Virus record (IMG/VR): IMGVR_UViG_3300031758_000005
Length of the DNA: 64,000 bases
Source: a virus
Taxonomy: Duplodnaviria > Heunggongvirae > Uroviricota > Caudoviricetes
Reading direction: 5' to 3' (one strand)
The translations under genes were made by a program, and so were the position numbers. Below the pieces are notes generated by a model that worked only from the letters and a program-made list of their open reading frames with translations, was not told the DNA's origin and made no database searches. Positions 1 through 10,696 of the stretch are shown here, one piece after another (positions within the stretch are counted from its first letter, which is position 1; every line of letters starts with the position of its first letter).

Positions 1-1
1 C

Positions 2-3000
2 CCAGCTACATCTCAATTTCCAACCAATGTAGGATCGACACAATATGCAACAAAATATATTGGATTGATTGGCGGATTAAATGATAAAAATGTAGACTAT
101 GGAGTACAAAAACTAAGTGATAGTTCACTTAAAGTGGTTAAAATGTCTCAAACAACCACACCATTTCCAAGTGGGTCATTGAGTAGCAGTGTAGATAGAG
201 TGTACGTAAATGTGCTTAATTACACAAACGTCAGTGTGACCAGCAGTTATGCTACAAATGCTTTGACCGCAAGTTATATATTGGGTGGAGGCGCAAATGG
301 TAGTAGTGGTACCAGTGGCGCAACAGGATCAAGTGGCACCAGTGGAAACAGTGGTACGAGTGGATCATCTGGTACTAGTGCCACTGCTGGTAGCAGCGGT
401 ACAAGTGGAGTTGGTTCACCTGGCACAAGTGGTACAGCAGGATCAAGTGGCACAAGCATCACTGCTAGTTTGCAAACAGGCAGTATTGCTAAACAAACTA
501 TATTATATAATGTTGTATCTGGTAGTCAGAATGTTATAACCGGTTTAAATTTGAGTGGTAACAAGTGGGGTGTAGATATCAAAGAAGAATGGGACGCTGT
601 AGTTGTACCAGGCGATCAATATTATAATAGTTGTAGCATATTATTACATTTAAATGGTTCAAATGGTAGTACTACATTCGTTGATAATGGTCCCAATAAC
701 TTAACTGTTACAGGAGCTGGTGCTTCTATTAGTACTGTGCAGAGTAAGTTCGGAGGAGCTAGTGCTGTATTTTCCGGGGGAAATGCAATAACTTGGCCAG
801 CTAGCAATTTATTTGCTTATGGATTGTTACCTTTTACCGTTGAATTCTGGGTATATCCAAATTCGGTATCTAGCGAATATATTTATGCGCAAACTAGACT
901 TGGTGATAATTATTTTTTAATAGGAATTGGAGGTGGTGTACTGTATTTAACATTTGGTGCTGGTGGAGGATCTTCAATATCAGGTGGATCTATATCTACT
1001 GGTACGTGGACCAATATCGCACTTGTAAGAGAAGGCACCGGAACAAATCAAACAAAGTTATATATAAACGGAACTCAGGTTGCAGCAGGTACGTGTAATT
1101 ATAATTTTTCCGATACTACTTTTGTACCAACTTTGGGTCGATACACACACACTTCGGCAAATGTATATAATGGATATGTAGATGAATTTCGTATAACCAA
1201 GGGAATTGCAAGATATACCAGTAACTTTACCCCACGAACATCCGAATTTCAAAATAATGTTGGTTTAACACAATATGCTACTAAATATGTAGGTTTGATT
1301 GGTGGTTTGAATGATAGAAGTGTAGATTACGGTGTGCAAAAATTAAGTGACAGTTCGCTTAAAGTGGTGAAGATGACACAAACCACATCGCCTTTTCCAA
1401 GTGGATCGCTTAGCTCATCAGTAGATAGGGTATATGTTAACGTGCTTAATTACACAAACGTCAGTGTAACTAGCAGTTATGCTACAAATGCTTTAACTGC
1501 AAGTTATATATTAGGTGGCGGGGCAAATGGCAGTAGTGGTACCAGTGGTGCAACTGGCGCAACTGGAACGTCAGGTACTTCAGGTAATAGTGGAAGTAGT
1601 GGAACAAGTGGTGGGGGTGCTTCATTAACAACTGGTAGTACGTATCCTATTACAAGCAGTTGGTCTCGTAGATCTTTAACAGCTAGTTATGCATTAAATG
1701 CTAGTGGTGGTGGGTCTTCACTTGCAGTTGGACAAACATTTGTAAGCAATGGTAGTCAAACTGTATATACTTTGAGTCAAACCGCAGCCAATAGAGATCA
1801 AATACTTGTTGTAACCAATGGTGTAGTTCAAAGCAGAAGTGGTAGCAATTATACTGTAAGCGGTACAACTTTAACTTTGAGTGACCCCGTTCAAAGTGGT
1901 GGATTGATTGATGTTCGATTTATAAATGCTGGTCAAGGTTCAAGTGGCACAAGCGGTGCAAATGGTACTGTTCAAACAGGTAGCATTGCTAAACAAACCA
2001 TATTATATAATGTAGTCTCAGGTAGTCAAAACGTAATTACCGGTTTGAATTTAAGCGGCAACAAGTGGGGTGTGGATATCAAAGAAGAATGGGATGCTGT
2101 AATTGTAGCCGGCGATCAATATTATAATAGCTGTAGTTTATTGATGCATTTTAATGGAAGTAATGGTAGTACTACATTTACTGATAATAGTAAAAATAAT
2201 TTTACAGTTACATCGGTTAATGGTACGGCTATAAGTACCGATCAAAGTAAATTTGGCGGTGCAAGTGTATATTTTGATGGTACAAATGACTATCTTTCTA
2301 TAACAAATAATTCAGCACTAAACTTATCGGGTGGGTCATATACAATAGAATGTTGGATTCGTCCAACAGGCAATTATTCTAATTATAGGCCTATAATTGC
2401 AAAAAGAATTCCAGGCACTGGTACCAGTGCCTGGCAAGTTTACTTAAGAGTTACCACAGGATATCTTAGTTATTTTAACGGAACTGAAATTGTATCATCT
2501 ACAACACCAACAGCAAATGTATGGAGTCACGTAGCTGCTGTTTATAATGGAACTACAATTAATTTATATTTAAATGGTGTAAGTGTTTTGTCAACTGCTG
2601 TAGGAAATTCAGACGTTGATGCGTCGATTAATATTGGAGCTTTTCCATCATTTGGCGAATATTTTATTGGTTATATAGATGAATTGAGAGTAACCAAAGG
2701 TATAGCTAGATATACTAGTAATTTTACACCGCCGACTTCTGAATTTCCAAATAATGCTAGTATAACGCAATATGCAACCAAATATGTTGGTTTGATTGGT
2801 GGTTTGAACGATAAAAGTGTAGATTACGGCGTACAGAAGTTGAGTGATAGTTCGCTTAAGGTGGTAAAGATGAGTCAAACCACATCGCCATTTCCAAGTG
2901 GATCATTGAGCAGCAGTGTGGATAGGGTGTATGTGAATGTGTTGGACTATAATAAAGTAAATGTGACCAGCAGTTATGCTACAAATGCTTTGACTGCTAG

Positions 3001-3775
3001 TTATTCTTTAAAAAGTGGTAATGCTCTAAGAACGGGTAGTTTGTATCCAATTACTGCTAGTAGAGCTGTTAGCAGCAGTTATTTACTTGGTGGAAGTCAA
3101 ATATTAACTGAGGATAAAACAGTATCATTTAGTAGTTCATTTACTACTGCACAAATTCAAGCATTGATTGATGTGCAACCAAGAAATTTAGGTAACAAAA
3201 CTTTAACATTTAAATTTGCTGATGGCAATTACAATTTATCCACAGGTTTGAGATTTTTTAATTTTTCTAATGGATCGATTTATATAAGTGGAAATTCTTC
3301 AAATAACACAGTAGCGTTTGCTAAAAATGTAACACTAAGTGGATCGGTTCCTATTTATATTTCTAATAATTCTACATATACAGAAGTAAATTATTTAAGA
3401 TTAGCAGTTAATACAAGTACGTATCAAACTGGATTGGTGATAGAAAATGGTAATGCAAATGTATATTATTGTTCGTTTACAAACCACCCAAGATCAGTTA
3501 CAGTCGGCTCTGGAAATGGTGTAATGACTCAAGCTGGAGGAACTGCTTGGGTAAGATACTGTTATTTTACTTCGATGGATAGATATATAGTTTCTTTATT
3601 CAACGGGATCATTACGGCTGATACAAATTCTCAAGGAACAAATTCAAATATTGCATATTTAGCATATGGGGGAATTATACAAGTACAAAATACAGGATTA
3701 ACAGCGGTAACAACTTATTCAACTAGTGTAGGTGGTTTAATTGTAAGACCTAGTGGAACAACAATAGGAACATAA
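2..3775 (+). CDS. Large tail-fiber/receptor-binding-like protein, 5'-truncated by the window edge. Layout: connector module, collagen-like GXY array, two LamG/concanavalin-like domains, connector modules, C-terminal beta-rich region.
   Basis: The frame stays open from nt 2 and the first residues (QYATKYIGLIGGLNDKNVDYG) match the internal connector module, so the true start lies upstream of the window. Ser/Thr-rich G-X-Y triplet arrays are present. Jelly-roll signatures are LLHxNGSNGSTTFxDNS...FDGxNDYL...YIDELRxTKGIARYTSNFTP. Confidence 0.7.
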   Translation, partial: PATSQFPTNVGSTQYATKYIGLIGGLNDKNVDYGVQKLSDSSLKVVKMSQTTTPFPSGSLSSSVDRVYVNVLNYTNVSVTSSYATNALTASYILGGGANGSSGTSGATGSSGTSGNSGTSGSSGTSATAGSSGTSGVGSPGTSGTAGSSGTSITASLQTGSIAKQTILYNVVSGSQNVITGLNLSGNKWGVDIKEEWDAVVVPGDQYYNSCSILLHLNGSNGSTTFVDNGPNNLTVTGAGASISTVQSKFGGASAVFSGGNAITWPASNLFAYGLLPFTVEFWVYPNSVSSEYIYAQTRLGDNYFLIGIGGGVLYLTFGAGGGSSISGGSISTGTWTNIALVREGTGTNQTKLYINGTQVAAGTCNYNFSDTTFVPTLGRYTHTSANVYNGYVDEFRITKGIARYTSNFTPRTSEFQNNVGLTQYATKYVGLIGGLNDRSVDYGVQKLSDSSLKVVKMTQTTSPFPSGSLSSSVDRVYVNVLNYTNVSVTSSYATNALTASYILGGGANGSSGTSGATGATGTSGTSGNSGSSGTSGGGASLTTGSTYPITSSWSRRSLTASYALNASGGGSSLAVGQTFVSNGSQTVYTLSQTAANRDQILVVTNGVVQSRSGSNYTVSGTTLTLSDPVQSGGLIDVRFINAGQGSSGTSGANGTVQTGSIAKQTILYNVVSGSQNVITGLNLSGNKWGVDIKEEWDAVIVAGDQYYNSCSLLMHFNGSNGSTTFTDNSKNNFTVTSVNGTAISTDQSKFGGASVYFDGTNDYLSITNNSALNLSGGSYTIECWIRPTGNYSNYRPIIAKRIPGTGTSAWQVYLRVTTGYLSYFNGTEIVSSTTPTANVWSHVAAVYNGTTINLYLNGVSVLSTAVGNSDVDASINIGAFPSFGEYFIGYIDELRVTKGIARYTSNFTPPTSEFPNNASITQYATKYVGLIGGLNDKSVDYGVQKLSDSSLKVVKMSQTTSPFPSGSLSSSVDRVYVNVLDYNKVNVTSSYATNALTASYSLKSGNALRTGSLYPITASRAVSSSYLLGGSQILTEDKTVSFSSSFTTAQIQALIDVQPRNLGNKTLTFKFADGNYNLSTGLRFFNFSNGSIYISGNSSNNTVAFAKNVTLSGSVPIYISNNSTYTEVNYLRLAVNTSTYQTGLVIENGNANVYYCSFTNHPRSVTVGSGNGVMTQAGGTAWVRYCYFTSMDRYIVSLFNGIITADTNSQGTNSNIAYLAYGGIIQVQNTGLTAVTTYSTSVGGLIVRPSGTTIGT
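2690..3000 (+). repeat. Connector module copy (~310 nt) ~90% identical to 5455-5770. Further copies at 29-300, 1262-1530 and a diverged copy at 8400-8650.
   Basis: Shared tataacgcaatatgcaaccaaatatgt(t/a)ggtttgattggtggtttgaa(c/t)gataaaagtgtagatta... encoding QYATKYVGLIGGLNDKSVDYGVQKLSDSSLKVVKMSQTTSPFPSGSLSSSVDRVYVNVLDY. Confidence 0.8.
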
Positions 3776-3779
3776 TTTT

Positions 3780-4073
3780 ATGATAGTACTATATAATGAT
3801 ATTACAGGTGATATTACACTCAAAGTGGTAGAAGGAACAGGTGATGCAGAACCAGGACCAGGACATTCTCGTATCATATTAAGTGATTGTGTGGGCAATG
3901 AAACAAATGTTAATCAAATTCCTAGTTTTGCATTAAGATTTTGTCAAGAAAATAGAAAAAAAGAATATCCTACTGTTAGTGAACAATTGGATTATATTTA
4001 TCATAATGGAATTGACGCGTGGAAAACTAACATAATTGACCCAATAAAACAAAAGTATCCAAAGCCAAGTTAA
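3780..4073 (+). CDS. Hypothetical protein (97 aa) between fiber genes
   Basis: ORF with an ATG start, tightly packed between two fiber genes on the same strand. Confidence 0.4.
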   Translation: MIVLYNDITGDITLKVVEGTGDAEPGPGHSRIILSDCVGNETNVNQIPSFALRFCQENRKKEYPTVSEQLDYIYHNGIDAWKTNIIDPIKQKYPKPS

Positions 4074-4076
4074 TTT

Positions 4077-6875
4077 ATGCCATTACTAAAAATATTACCA
4101 TCTTTAATATCTCAAGGATCTTTTACAGGATCTTTCAGTGGTACAGGCAGTTATGCTCGTAGAGCATTAACTGCGAGTTATGTATTAGGCGGAGCAGCTG
4201 GTTCATCAGGCACAAGTGGCGCAAATGGTACAAGTGGTAGTAGCGGAAGTAGTGGTGCAAATGGTACTAGTGGATCGTCTGGTACTAGTGCCACTGCTGG
4301 TAGTAGCGGCACAAGTGGTGTAGGTTCTCCAGGCACTAGTGGAACAGCAGGATCAAGTGGTACATCTGGTTCAAGTGGATCCAGTGGAAATAGTGGTACA
4401 AGCGGAAGCAGTGGTGCTACAGGCAGCAGTGGTACAAGTGGTGCTGGATCGCCAGGTAGTAGTGGTAGTAGTGGAACCAGTACCACTCCAGCTTTATCGT
4501 TGGGTCAAACTTATATAGGAAATGGTAGTACTACCACTTATGCTTTATCACAAAGTGTAGCTAATCGTGATCAAATATTGGTAAATGTAGATGGTGTGTT
4601 GCAAGGTAGAAGTGGTAATTATTATACTGTAAGTGGTACCACATTAACTTTAAGTTCCCCACCACAAAATGGTAGCATCATTGATATACGTTATATTAAC
4701 GGCGGAAGTGGTATTGTCACAACAGGTAGCTTAGCTAAGCAAACCATATTATACAATGTAGTCTCAGGCAGTCAAAACACTATAACCGGCTTAAATTTGA
4801 ACGGTAACAAGTGGGGTGTAGATATAAAAGAAGAGTGGGACGCTGTAATTATAGCTGGTGATCAATATTATAATAGTTGTAGTTTATTATTGCATTGTGA
4901 TGGTACAAATGGAAGCACCACATTCACTGATAATAGCAAAAATGTTTTAATTGTTACATCGGTTAATGGTACTGCAATTAGTACGGCGCAAAGTAAATTT
5001 GGTGGTGCTAGTGGATTATTTGATGGCACAAATGATTATCTTTCTATACCAGATAATGAATCCTTAGAACCAGGTACAAATAATTTGACTTGGGAGATGT
5101 GGATAAAAACTACAAGTAGTGTTCAATACGCTACTCTTTATTCTAGGACACCTTCTTCATTTGGCAGTGGTATGTGGTCGGTGATGATAAATCAGGCATC
5201 AAGCACTGCAGGTGATATTGCATTATATGTGGCTGATTATTCAGGTGTTGCACCTCTGTTATTAACAACGGGTGTAAGTATTAGAGACAATGCATGGCAT
5301 CATATTGCTATAGTAAGAAATGGTAGTGCGTGGGTGTGCTATGTTGATGGAACATCTCGTGCGACAGGCACTTTTAGTGGTAACATCGGTAATCTTAGTT
5401 CTGGTCCCAGAATAGGGGCGGACGAATTTTATGGTAGATATTTCAATGGTTATATAGATGAATTGAGAGTTACTAAAGGTATAGCTAGATATACTAGTAA
5501 TTTTACACCACAAACATCGGAATTTCCAAATAATGCTAGTATAACGCAATATGCAACCAAATATGTAGGTTTGATTGGTGGTTTGAATGATAAAAGTGTA
5601 GATTATGGTGTGCAGAAGTTGAGTGATAGTTCGCTTAAAGTGGTAAAGATGAGTCAAACTACATCGCCATTTCCAAGTGGATCATTGAGTTCATCTGTGG
5701 ACAGAGTGTATGTGAACGTATTGGATTATAGCAAAGTATATGTAACCAGCAGTTATTCGTTAAATTCAATTAATTCATTAGATATACCCAAAATAAAGTC
5801 AATTATATATACAAACAGTAGTTATACCCCAACCACAGCATCAGCTATAGATTTATTCAAACCCAATACCAGTTACATTACTATATCAGGTAGTAATTTT
5901 AAGCCCAGTGCATCTATATTTATAGATAATACGTCTGGATCAGTGGTTACATATGTGAATAGCAACAAACTTAATGTGAATGTAATTTCAAAAAATGAAG
6001 GTACTTATCCAATATATTTGATGAATACTGATGGTGCATCTGCATTTAAAATAAACGCTATAACATATATTACCAGCCAAGACCAATTTCAATATTTGGT
6101 TTTAGCAGGTGGAGGCGGCGGTGGACTTGCACACGCTGGTGGCGGAGGTGCGGGTGGTTTTCGTACTGGATCTTTAGGTTTGAATCGATCTGTACCATAC
6201 ACTGTTTCAGTTGGATCAGGAGGATCTAGCTCACCATCTAGATCCGTAAATGGAACCAATGGAGGCAACAGTGTATTTGCATCAATTACATCGATAGGTG
6301 GTGGCGGAGGAGGATCTGAATACAAACCGGCTAACCCAGGCGGTTCAGGTGGAGGTGGTGCAACCCAGGGTGCAGGTGGATCTGGAACTGTGTCACAAGG
6401 TAATAATGGTGGAGCTGGTAGTCCTACTAGTCCGCCATATGCTGGTGGTGGTGGTGGTGGTGCTGGTGCTATTGGCGGAAGTTATACTCCTGGTTCAGGA
6501 GGTAATGGTGGAAATGGACTTATATCTAATATTTCAAGCACTCCAATATATTATGCTGGCGGCGGAGGCGGCGGTGTATATGGTGGACAAGGTGGTGTCA
6601 CCAATCGCGGAACAGGTGGTCTAGGCGGAGGTGGAAATGGTAACTATGGAAATGGAAACGGATCTGCGGGCGAGGCGGCGCGTGGAGGAGGTGGCGGAGG
6701 TGGTGGATATCCAAATGAAAGTGCATATAATGGTGGATCAGGTATTGTAATTGTAAAATATTTATCTAGTAGAACTTTAACAATTGGGGTGGGTTTGACC
6801 TCATCGACTGTTATTACTGGGAGTTATAAAATTACTACGTTTACAGCTGGTTCAGACACAATAACAATTTCTTAA
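4077..6875 (+). CDS. Tail-fiber-like mosaic protein: collagen-like array, LamG-like domain, connector module, glycine-rich C-terminal domain
   Basis: The N-terminal half is ~85-90% nt-identical in blocks to the gene at 2..3775. The C-terminal 250 aa is Gly-rich (GGGGGG runs, ...GGSGIVIVKYLS) and resembles the C-terminal domains of the five paralogs at 23657..29509. Confidence 0.7.
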   Translation: MPLLKILPSLISQGSFTGSFSGTGSYARRALTASYVLGGAAGSSGTSGANGTSGSSGSSGANGTSGSSGTSATAGSSGTSGVGSPGTSGTAGSSGTSGSSGSSGNSGTSGSSGATGSSGTSGAGSPGSSGSSGTSTTPALSLGQTYIGNGSTTTYALSQSVANRDQILVNVDGVLQGRSGNYYTVSGTTLTLSSPPQNGSIIDIRYINGGSGIVTTGSLAKQTILYNVVSGSQNTITGLNLNGNKWGVDIKEEWDAVIIAGDQYYNSCSLLLHCDGTNGSTTFTDNSKNVLIVTSVNGTAISTAQSKFGGASGLFDGTNDYLSIPDNESLEPGTNNLTWEMWIKTTSSVQYATLYSRTPSSFGSGMWSVMINQASSTAGDIALYVADYSGVAPLLLTTGVSIRDNAWHHIAIVRNGSAWVCYVDGTSRATGTFSGNIGNLSSGPRIGADEFYGRYFNGYIDELRVTKGIARYTSNFTPQTSEFPNNASITQYATKYVGLIGGLNDKSVDYGVQKLSDSSLKVVKMSQTTSPFPSGSLSSSVDRVYVNVLDYSKVYVTSSYSLNSINSLDIPKIKSIIYTNSSYTPTTASAIDLFKPNTSYITISGSNFKPSASIFIDNTSGSVVTYVNSNKLNVNVISKNEGTYPIYLMNTDGASAFKINAITYITSQDQFQYLVLAGGGGGGLAHAGGGGAGGFRTGSLGLNRSVPYTVSVGSGGSSSPSRSVNGTNGGNSVFASITSIGGGGGGSEYKPANPGGSGGGGATQGAGGSGTVSQGNNGGAGSPTSPPYAGGGGGGAGAIGGSYTPGSGGNGGNGLISNISSTPIYYAGGGGGGVYGGQGGVTNRGTGGLGGGGNGNYGNGNGSAGEAARGGGGGGGGYPNESAYNGGSGIVIVKYLSSRTLTIGVGLTSSTVITGSYKITTFTAGSDTITIS
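5455..5770 (+). repeat. Connector module copy in the second fiber gene
   Basis: See 2690-3000. Confidence 0.8.
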
Positions 6876-6879
6876 AAAT

Positions 6880-7272
6880 ATGGCACATTACGCATTTTTA
6901 AATGAAGATTATGTAGTTACCGAAGTGATTGTCGGTAAAGACGAAAGACTTTTTGATTGGGAACATTATTATACAATTAAAAAGGGACAGATATGTAAAC
7001 GAACTAGTTATAATACTAAAGGGGGTATATATTATAATTCAATAACAAATTTACCAGATATCGATCAATCTAAATCATTTAGAAAAAATTTTGCTGGAAT
7101 TGGATTTAAATATGATATGAACTTAGATGCATTCATACCACCACAACCATATCCAAGTTGGATATTAAATGAACAAATCTGTAACTGGGAGTCACCAATA
7201 CCATATCCAACTGACGGACAATTTTATAATTGGGATGAAACAACACAATCTTGGATTTTAATTTCGGAATAA
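6880..7272 (+). CDS. Hypothetical protein (130 aa)
   Basis: ORF in the late block with a 4-nt gap to its neighbours. Confidence 0.5.
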   Translation: MAHYAFLNEDYVVTEVIVGKDERLFDWEHYYTIKKGQICKRTSYNTKGGIYYNSITNLPDIDQSKSFRKNFAGIGFKYDMNLDAFIPPQPYPSWILNEQICNWESPIPYPTDGQFYNWDETTQSWILISE

Positions 7273-7273
7273 T

Positions 7274-10200
7274 ATGTCATTACTTAAAATACGACCATAT
7301 CTAATTAATTCAGGTTCATTCACAGGATCTTTCAGTGGTACAGGCAGTTATGCTCGTAGAGCACTAACAGCTAGTTATGTATTGGGAGGCGCAGCTGGAT
7401 CCAGTGGCACAAGTGGCGCAAATGGTAGTAGCGGTACATCAGGCAATAGTGGCACAAGTGGAACAAGTGCTACTGCTGGTAGTAGTGGTACAAGCGGAGT
7501 TGGTTCGCCAGGCACAAGTGGCACGGCAGGATCCAGTGGTACAAGCAGTACCGCAACGGTGCAAACAGGCAGTATCGCGAAACAAACACTTTGGACCAAT
7601 GTAACCTCAGGTAGCACAAACACCATAACTGGACTAAGCTTAAGTAGCAACAAGTGGGATGTAAGTGTGGTGGAAGAATGGGATGCTGCGACATTGGATC
7701 AATATTATAACAGTTCTAGCTTATTGTGCCACTTTGATAGTTTGAATCCTGCGGGAAGATTTATTGATAGTAGCAGAAACAATTTTACGATTACTTCTAA
7801 CGGTGATTCTAGATTAAGCACTTCACAATATAAATTTGGAGGAGCAAGTGCATATTTTGATGGCACGGCTGATAATCTTTTAATTAACTATAATAACGCA
7901 TTTAATTTATCGGGTGATTTTACAATTGAAGTTTGGTTTTATCCGATTACTTTAAATGGTGGAATGATTTTAAATTTTGCAGGTGGATTGAATATAGCTT
8001 GGGCAAGTTACGAACTGGTTAATAACACAGATGGTATTAATTTCGCCGGTAGTTCTGCGAATAATGGATATGATATTGGTTCTGAAACAGGTGCTACTGG
8101 AAGAATAGGAACGGTTAGTGTAAATACTTGGAATCATATAGCAGTTACTAGACAAGGAAATGTATATAGAGGATATATTAACGGTGTTCAAGGTTACACA
8201 CAAACTTTGGCACTTACTCCATATAATCCAAACGCGAGAGGATTAGCAATAGGTAGTAATTATGCTACTACTTGGGGTGTTACACCAGCAACTGTTTTAA
8301 ATGGTTATTTAGACGAATTAAGAATTACCAAAGGTGTAGCTAGATATACTGCTAATTTTACCCCATCTAATGCACCATTTCCAAATTCAAGAAATCAAGT
8401 GCTTACAAAGTATGTAGGTTTGGTTGGTGGTATTGATGACAAGTATGTGGATTATGGAGTGCAAAAGTTGAGTGATAGTTCGCTTAAATTGACACGATTA
8501 ACTTATCCAAATCAACCTATAGTTGGTAGTGGGTCTTTAAGTGGTAGTGTGAATAGGGTATATGTAAATGTGCTTGATTATACAAAGGTTAGTGTAACGA
8601 GCAGTTATTCATTATTATCTAAGACTGCTAGTTATGCTTTAAATGCTTCTGGTGGGGGTGGTAGTACATTAAGAACAGGTAGTTTGTATCCTATAACTGC
8701 TAGTTGGTCACGTAGAGCTATTACGGCTAGTTATGCGTTGAATGGTGGTACTGCTCTTGTAAATCAAACATTGAATTATGTGAGTGGTAGTAATTTATAT
8801 ACTTTAAGCAGAAGCGTAGTTTCCCCCAGTGATGTGTTGTTGAGTGTAAATGGTATTATACAAACACCCATAACAGATTATACTGTAAGTGCTAGTAAAG
8901 TTACATTTACAGAAAGTTATCCTTCGGGTAGTAAAATTAATGCTAGATATTTGGTAACTGCTACAAATAGTAGTGATGTTAATTTAGCCAATATAGTATT
9001 GACAGGCACAACAACAGGTGATGCTTATTATCCACAAGTTGCTGCATTGTTACACTTTGATGGTGTAAATGGTAGTACCACTATAACAGACAATAGCAAA
9101 AATAACTTAACTGTTACTTCAGTTAATGGCACTGCCATAAGCACTGCGCAAAGTAAATTTGGTGGTGCAAGTGTATTGTTTGACGGTACGAACGATTATC
9201 TTTCTATAGCAAGCAATTCAGTATTTGACTTACTTGGAGATTATACGATTGAATTTTGGGCATATAGTTCAAATTTTGCAGCCGGTAATATGGGATATTT
9301 ACACAGAGGATTTTATACTACGGGTACAGCCACTTGGTCAGGACTATCATTTTCAATTAGAGGACTTAGCACATTAATAAGATTTTATTTTTATGCAACT
9401 ACATCTGCGAATGAACAAAAAATAGATGTATCTCTTCCATCTAATAATGCATGGCATCATTTTGCAATGGTAAAATCAGGTACAACTGGTACAGTTTATG
9501 TAGATGGAACATTAGCAGGAACAATTACTTCATTAAATACACCTGCGGCTAGTTCACAAACTTTGAGAATAGGAGTATGGGATTATAGTGCTGCATCAGA
9601 ATATTTTAACGGTTATATAGATGAATTGCGAATAACGAATGGGTATGCAAGATATACCGGTAATTTTACGCCATCTACCACTGCATTTTCTAATACTGGT
9701 GGTGATGTAGGTAAATCGTTGGTAGTAAATAGTACTGCTACAGGTGTTAGTATTGGTACCGCTGGTTTTAATTTAAATTCTAGCAATATTAATCGTATTA
9801 TTAATGGTGCTATGGCAGTTGACCAAAGAAATGCTGGTGCAGCACAAACAATTACTGCTGCGGCTGCATTAGCTTATACAGTGGATAGATGGTATGCATA
9901 TTGTACTGGGGCTAATGTTACTGGACAAAGAATCACTGGTTCGGCTAATAATCAATTTGCTTATAGATTTACAGGTGCGGCTAGTGTTACTGCTATTGGA
10001 TTTGGACAAAGAATAGAAGCGGCTAATAGTATTGATTTGGCAGGATCTACTGCAACACTTGGTGTAGATTTGGCTAATAGTGTATTGACTAGTGTAACTT
10101 GGACGGCTTATTATGCTAATACTTCGGATACATTTGGTACATTGGCAAGTCCAACTAGAACACAAATATCGACGGGTACATTTACTGTAACTAGTACATT

Positions 10201-10690
10201 GACTAGATATAGCGCACAAATATTTATTCCATCAGCGGCTATTACAGGTCTTGAAATTGTATTTAGTGTTGGTGCTCAAACATCTGGTACTTGGACTATA
10301 GACAATGTTCAATTAGAAGCAGGTCCATTAGCAACACCATTTGAAAGACGCATGATTGGACAAGAATTAATATTGTGTCAAAGATATTTTGCATCTATTA
10401 ATGGAGCTATAGGTGCAGGTAGCGAATTAAATACATCAGCTGCATATATAAAACTACCATTGTCTGTTACGATGCGAGCAGATAATCAAACCGTCACATT
10501 ATCAACAGGAAATTCTATATCAGTTGATTTATTTGGTACCGGTACATCAACTACTTCTACCAGCAATGTAACTATCACTGCGAATCGAGCCGGTATACTT
10601 TTTAATATTAACAGTTTATCACCATCACAAGGAGCAACTGGTGTACCCGCAACAATTTTAGGAACTGTTTCGGTTTCATCCGAATTATAA
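7274..10690 (+). CDS. Tail-fiber-like protein with a collagen-like array, two diverged LamG-like domains and a diverged connector module
   Basis: N-terminus MSLLKIRPYLINSGSFTGSFSGTGSYARRALTASYVLGG is paralogous to the N-terminus of the gene at 4077. It carries FDGTxDxL...YLDELRITKGVARYT jelly-roll motifs. Confidence 0.7.
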   Translation: MSLLKIRPYLINSGSFTGSFSGTGSYARRALTASYVLGGAAGSSGTSGANGSSGTSGNSGTSGTSATAGSSGTSGVGSPGTSGTAGSSGTSSTATVQTGSIAKQTLWTNVTSGSTNTITGLSLSSNKWDVSVVEEWDAATLDQYYNSSSLLCHFDSLNPAGRFIDSSRNNFTITSNGDSRLSTSQYKFGGASAYFDGTADNLLINYNNAFNLSGDFTIEVWFYPITLNGGMILNFAGGLNIAWASYELVNNTDGINFAGSSANNGYDIGSETGATGRIGTVSVNTWNHIAVTRQGNVYRGYINGVQGYTQTLALTPYNPNARGLAIGSNYATTWGVTPATVLNGYLDELRITKGVARYTANFTPSNAPFPNSRNQVLTKYVGLVGGIDDKYVDYGVQKLSDSSLKLTRLTYPNQPIVGSGSLSGSVNRVYVNVLDYTKVSVTSSYSLLSKTASYALNASGGGGSTLRTGSLYPITASWSRRAITASYALNGGTALVNQTLNYVSGSNLYTLSRSVVSPSDVLLSVNGIIQTPITDYTVSASKVTFTESYPSGSKINARYLVTATNSSDVNLANIVLTGTTTGDAYYPQVAALLHFDGVNGSTTITDNSKNNLTVTSVNGTAISTAQSKFGGASVLFDGTNDYLSIASNSVFDLLGDYTIEFWAYSSNFAAGNMGYLHRGFYTTGTATWSGLSFSIRGLSTLIRFYFYATTSANEQKIDVSLPSNNAWHHFAMVKSGTTGTVYVDGTLAGTITSLNTPAASSQTLRIGVWDYSAASEYFNGYIDELRITNGYARYTGNFTPSTTAFSNTGGDVGKSLVVNSTATGVSIGTAGFNLNSSNINRIINGAMAVDQRNAGAAQTITAAAALAYTVDRWYAYCTGANVTGQRITGSANNQFAYRFTGAASVTAIGFGQRIEAANSIDLAGSTATLGVDLANSVLTSVTWTAYYANTSDTFGTLASPTRTQISTGTFTVTSTLTRYSAQIFIPSAAITGLEIVFSVGAQTSGTWTIDNVQLEAGPLATPFERRMIGQELILCQRYFASINGAIGAGSELNTSAAYIKLPLSVTMRADNQTVTLSTGNSISVDLFGTGTSTTSTSNVTITANRAGILFNINSLSPSQGATGVPATILGTVSVSSEL

Positions 10691-10696
10691 AATTTT

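Noticed and set aside
274-539. Antisense or alternate-frame ORFs 274..462 (−) and 285..539 (+) rich in LVP / VVQ repeats
   Set aside because: They are read-through artefacts of the GGT-AGT collagen-like codon repeats inside the large + strand gene. The same applies to 4178..4486, 7375..7694, 18262..18522, 18844..19390, 19916..20328, 24198..24584, 25440..25871, 26531..26893, 27757..28297 and 28876..29225.
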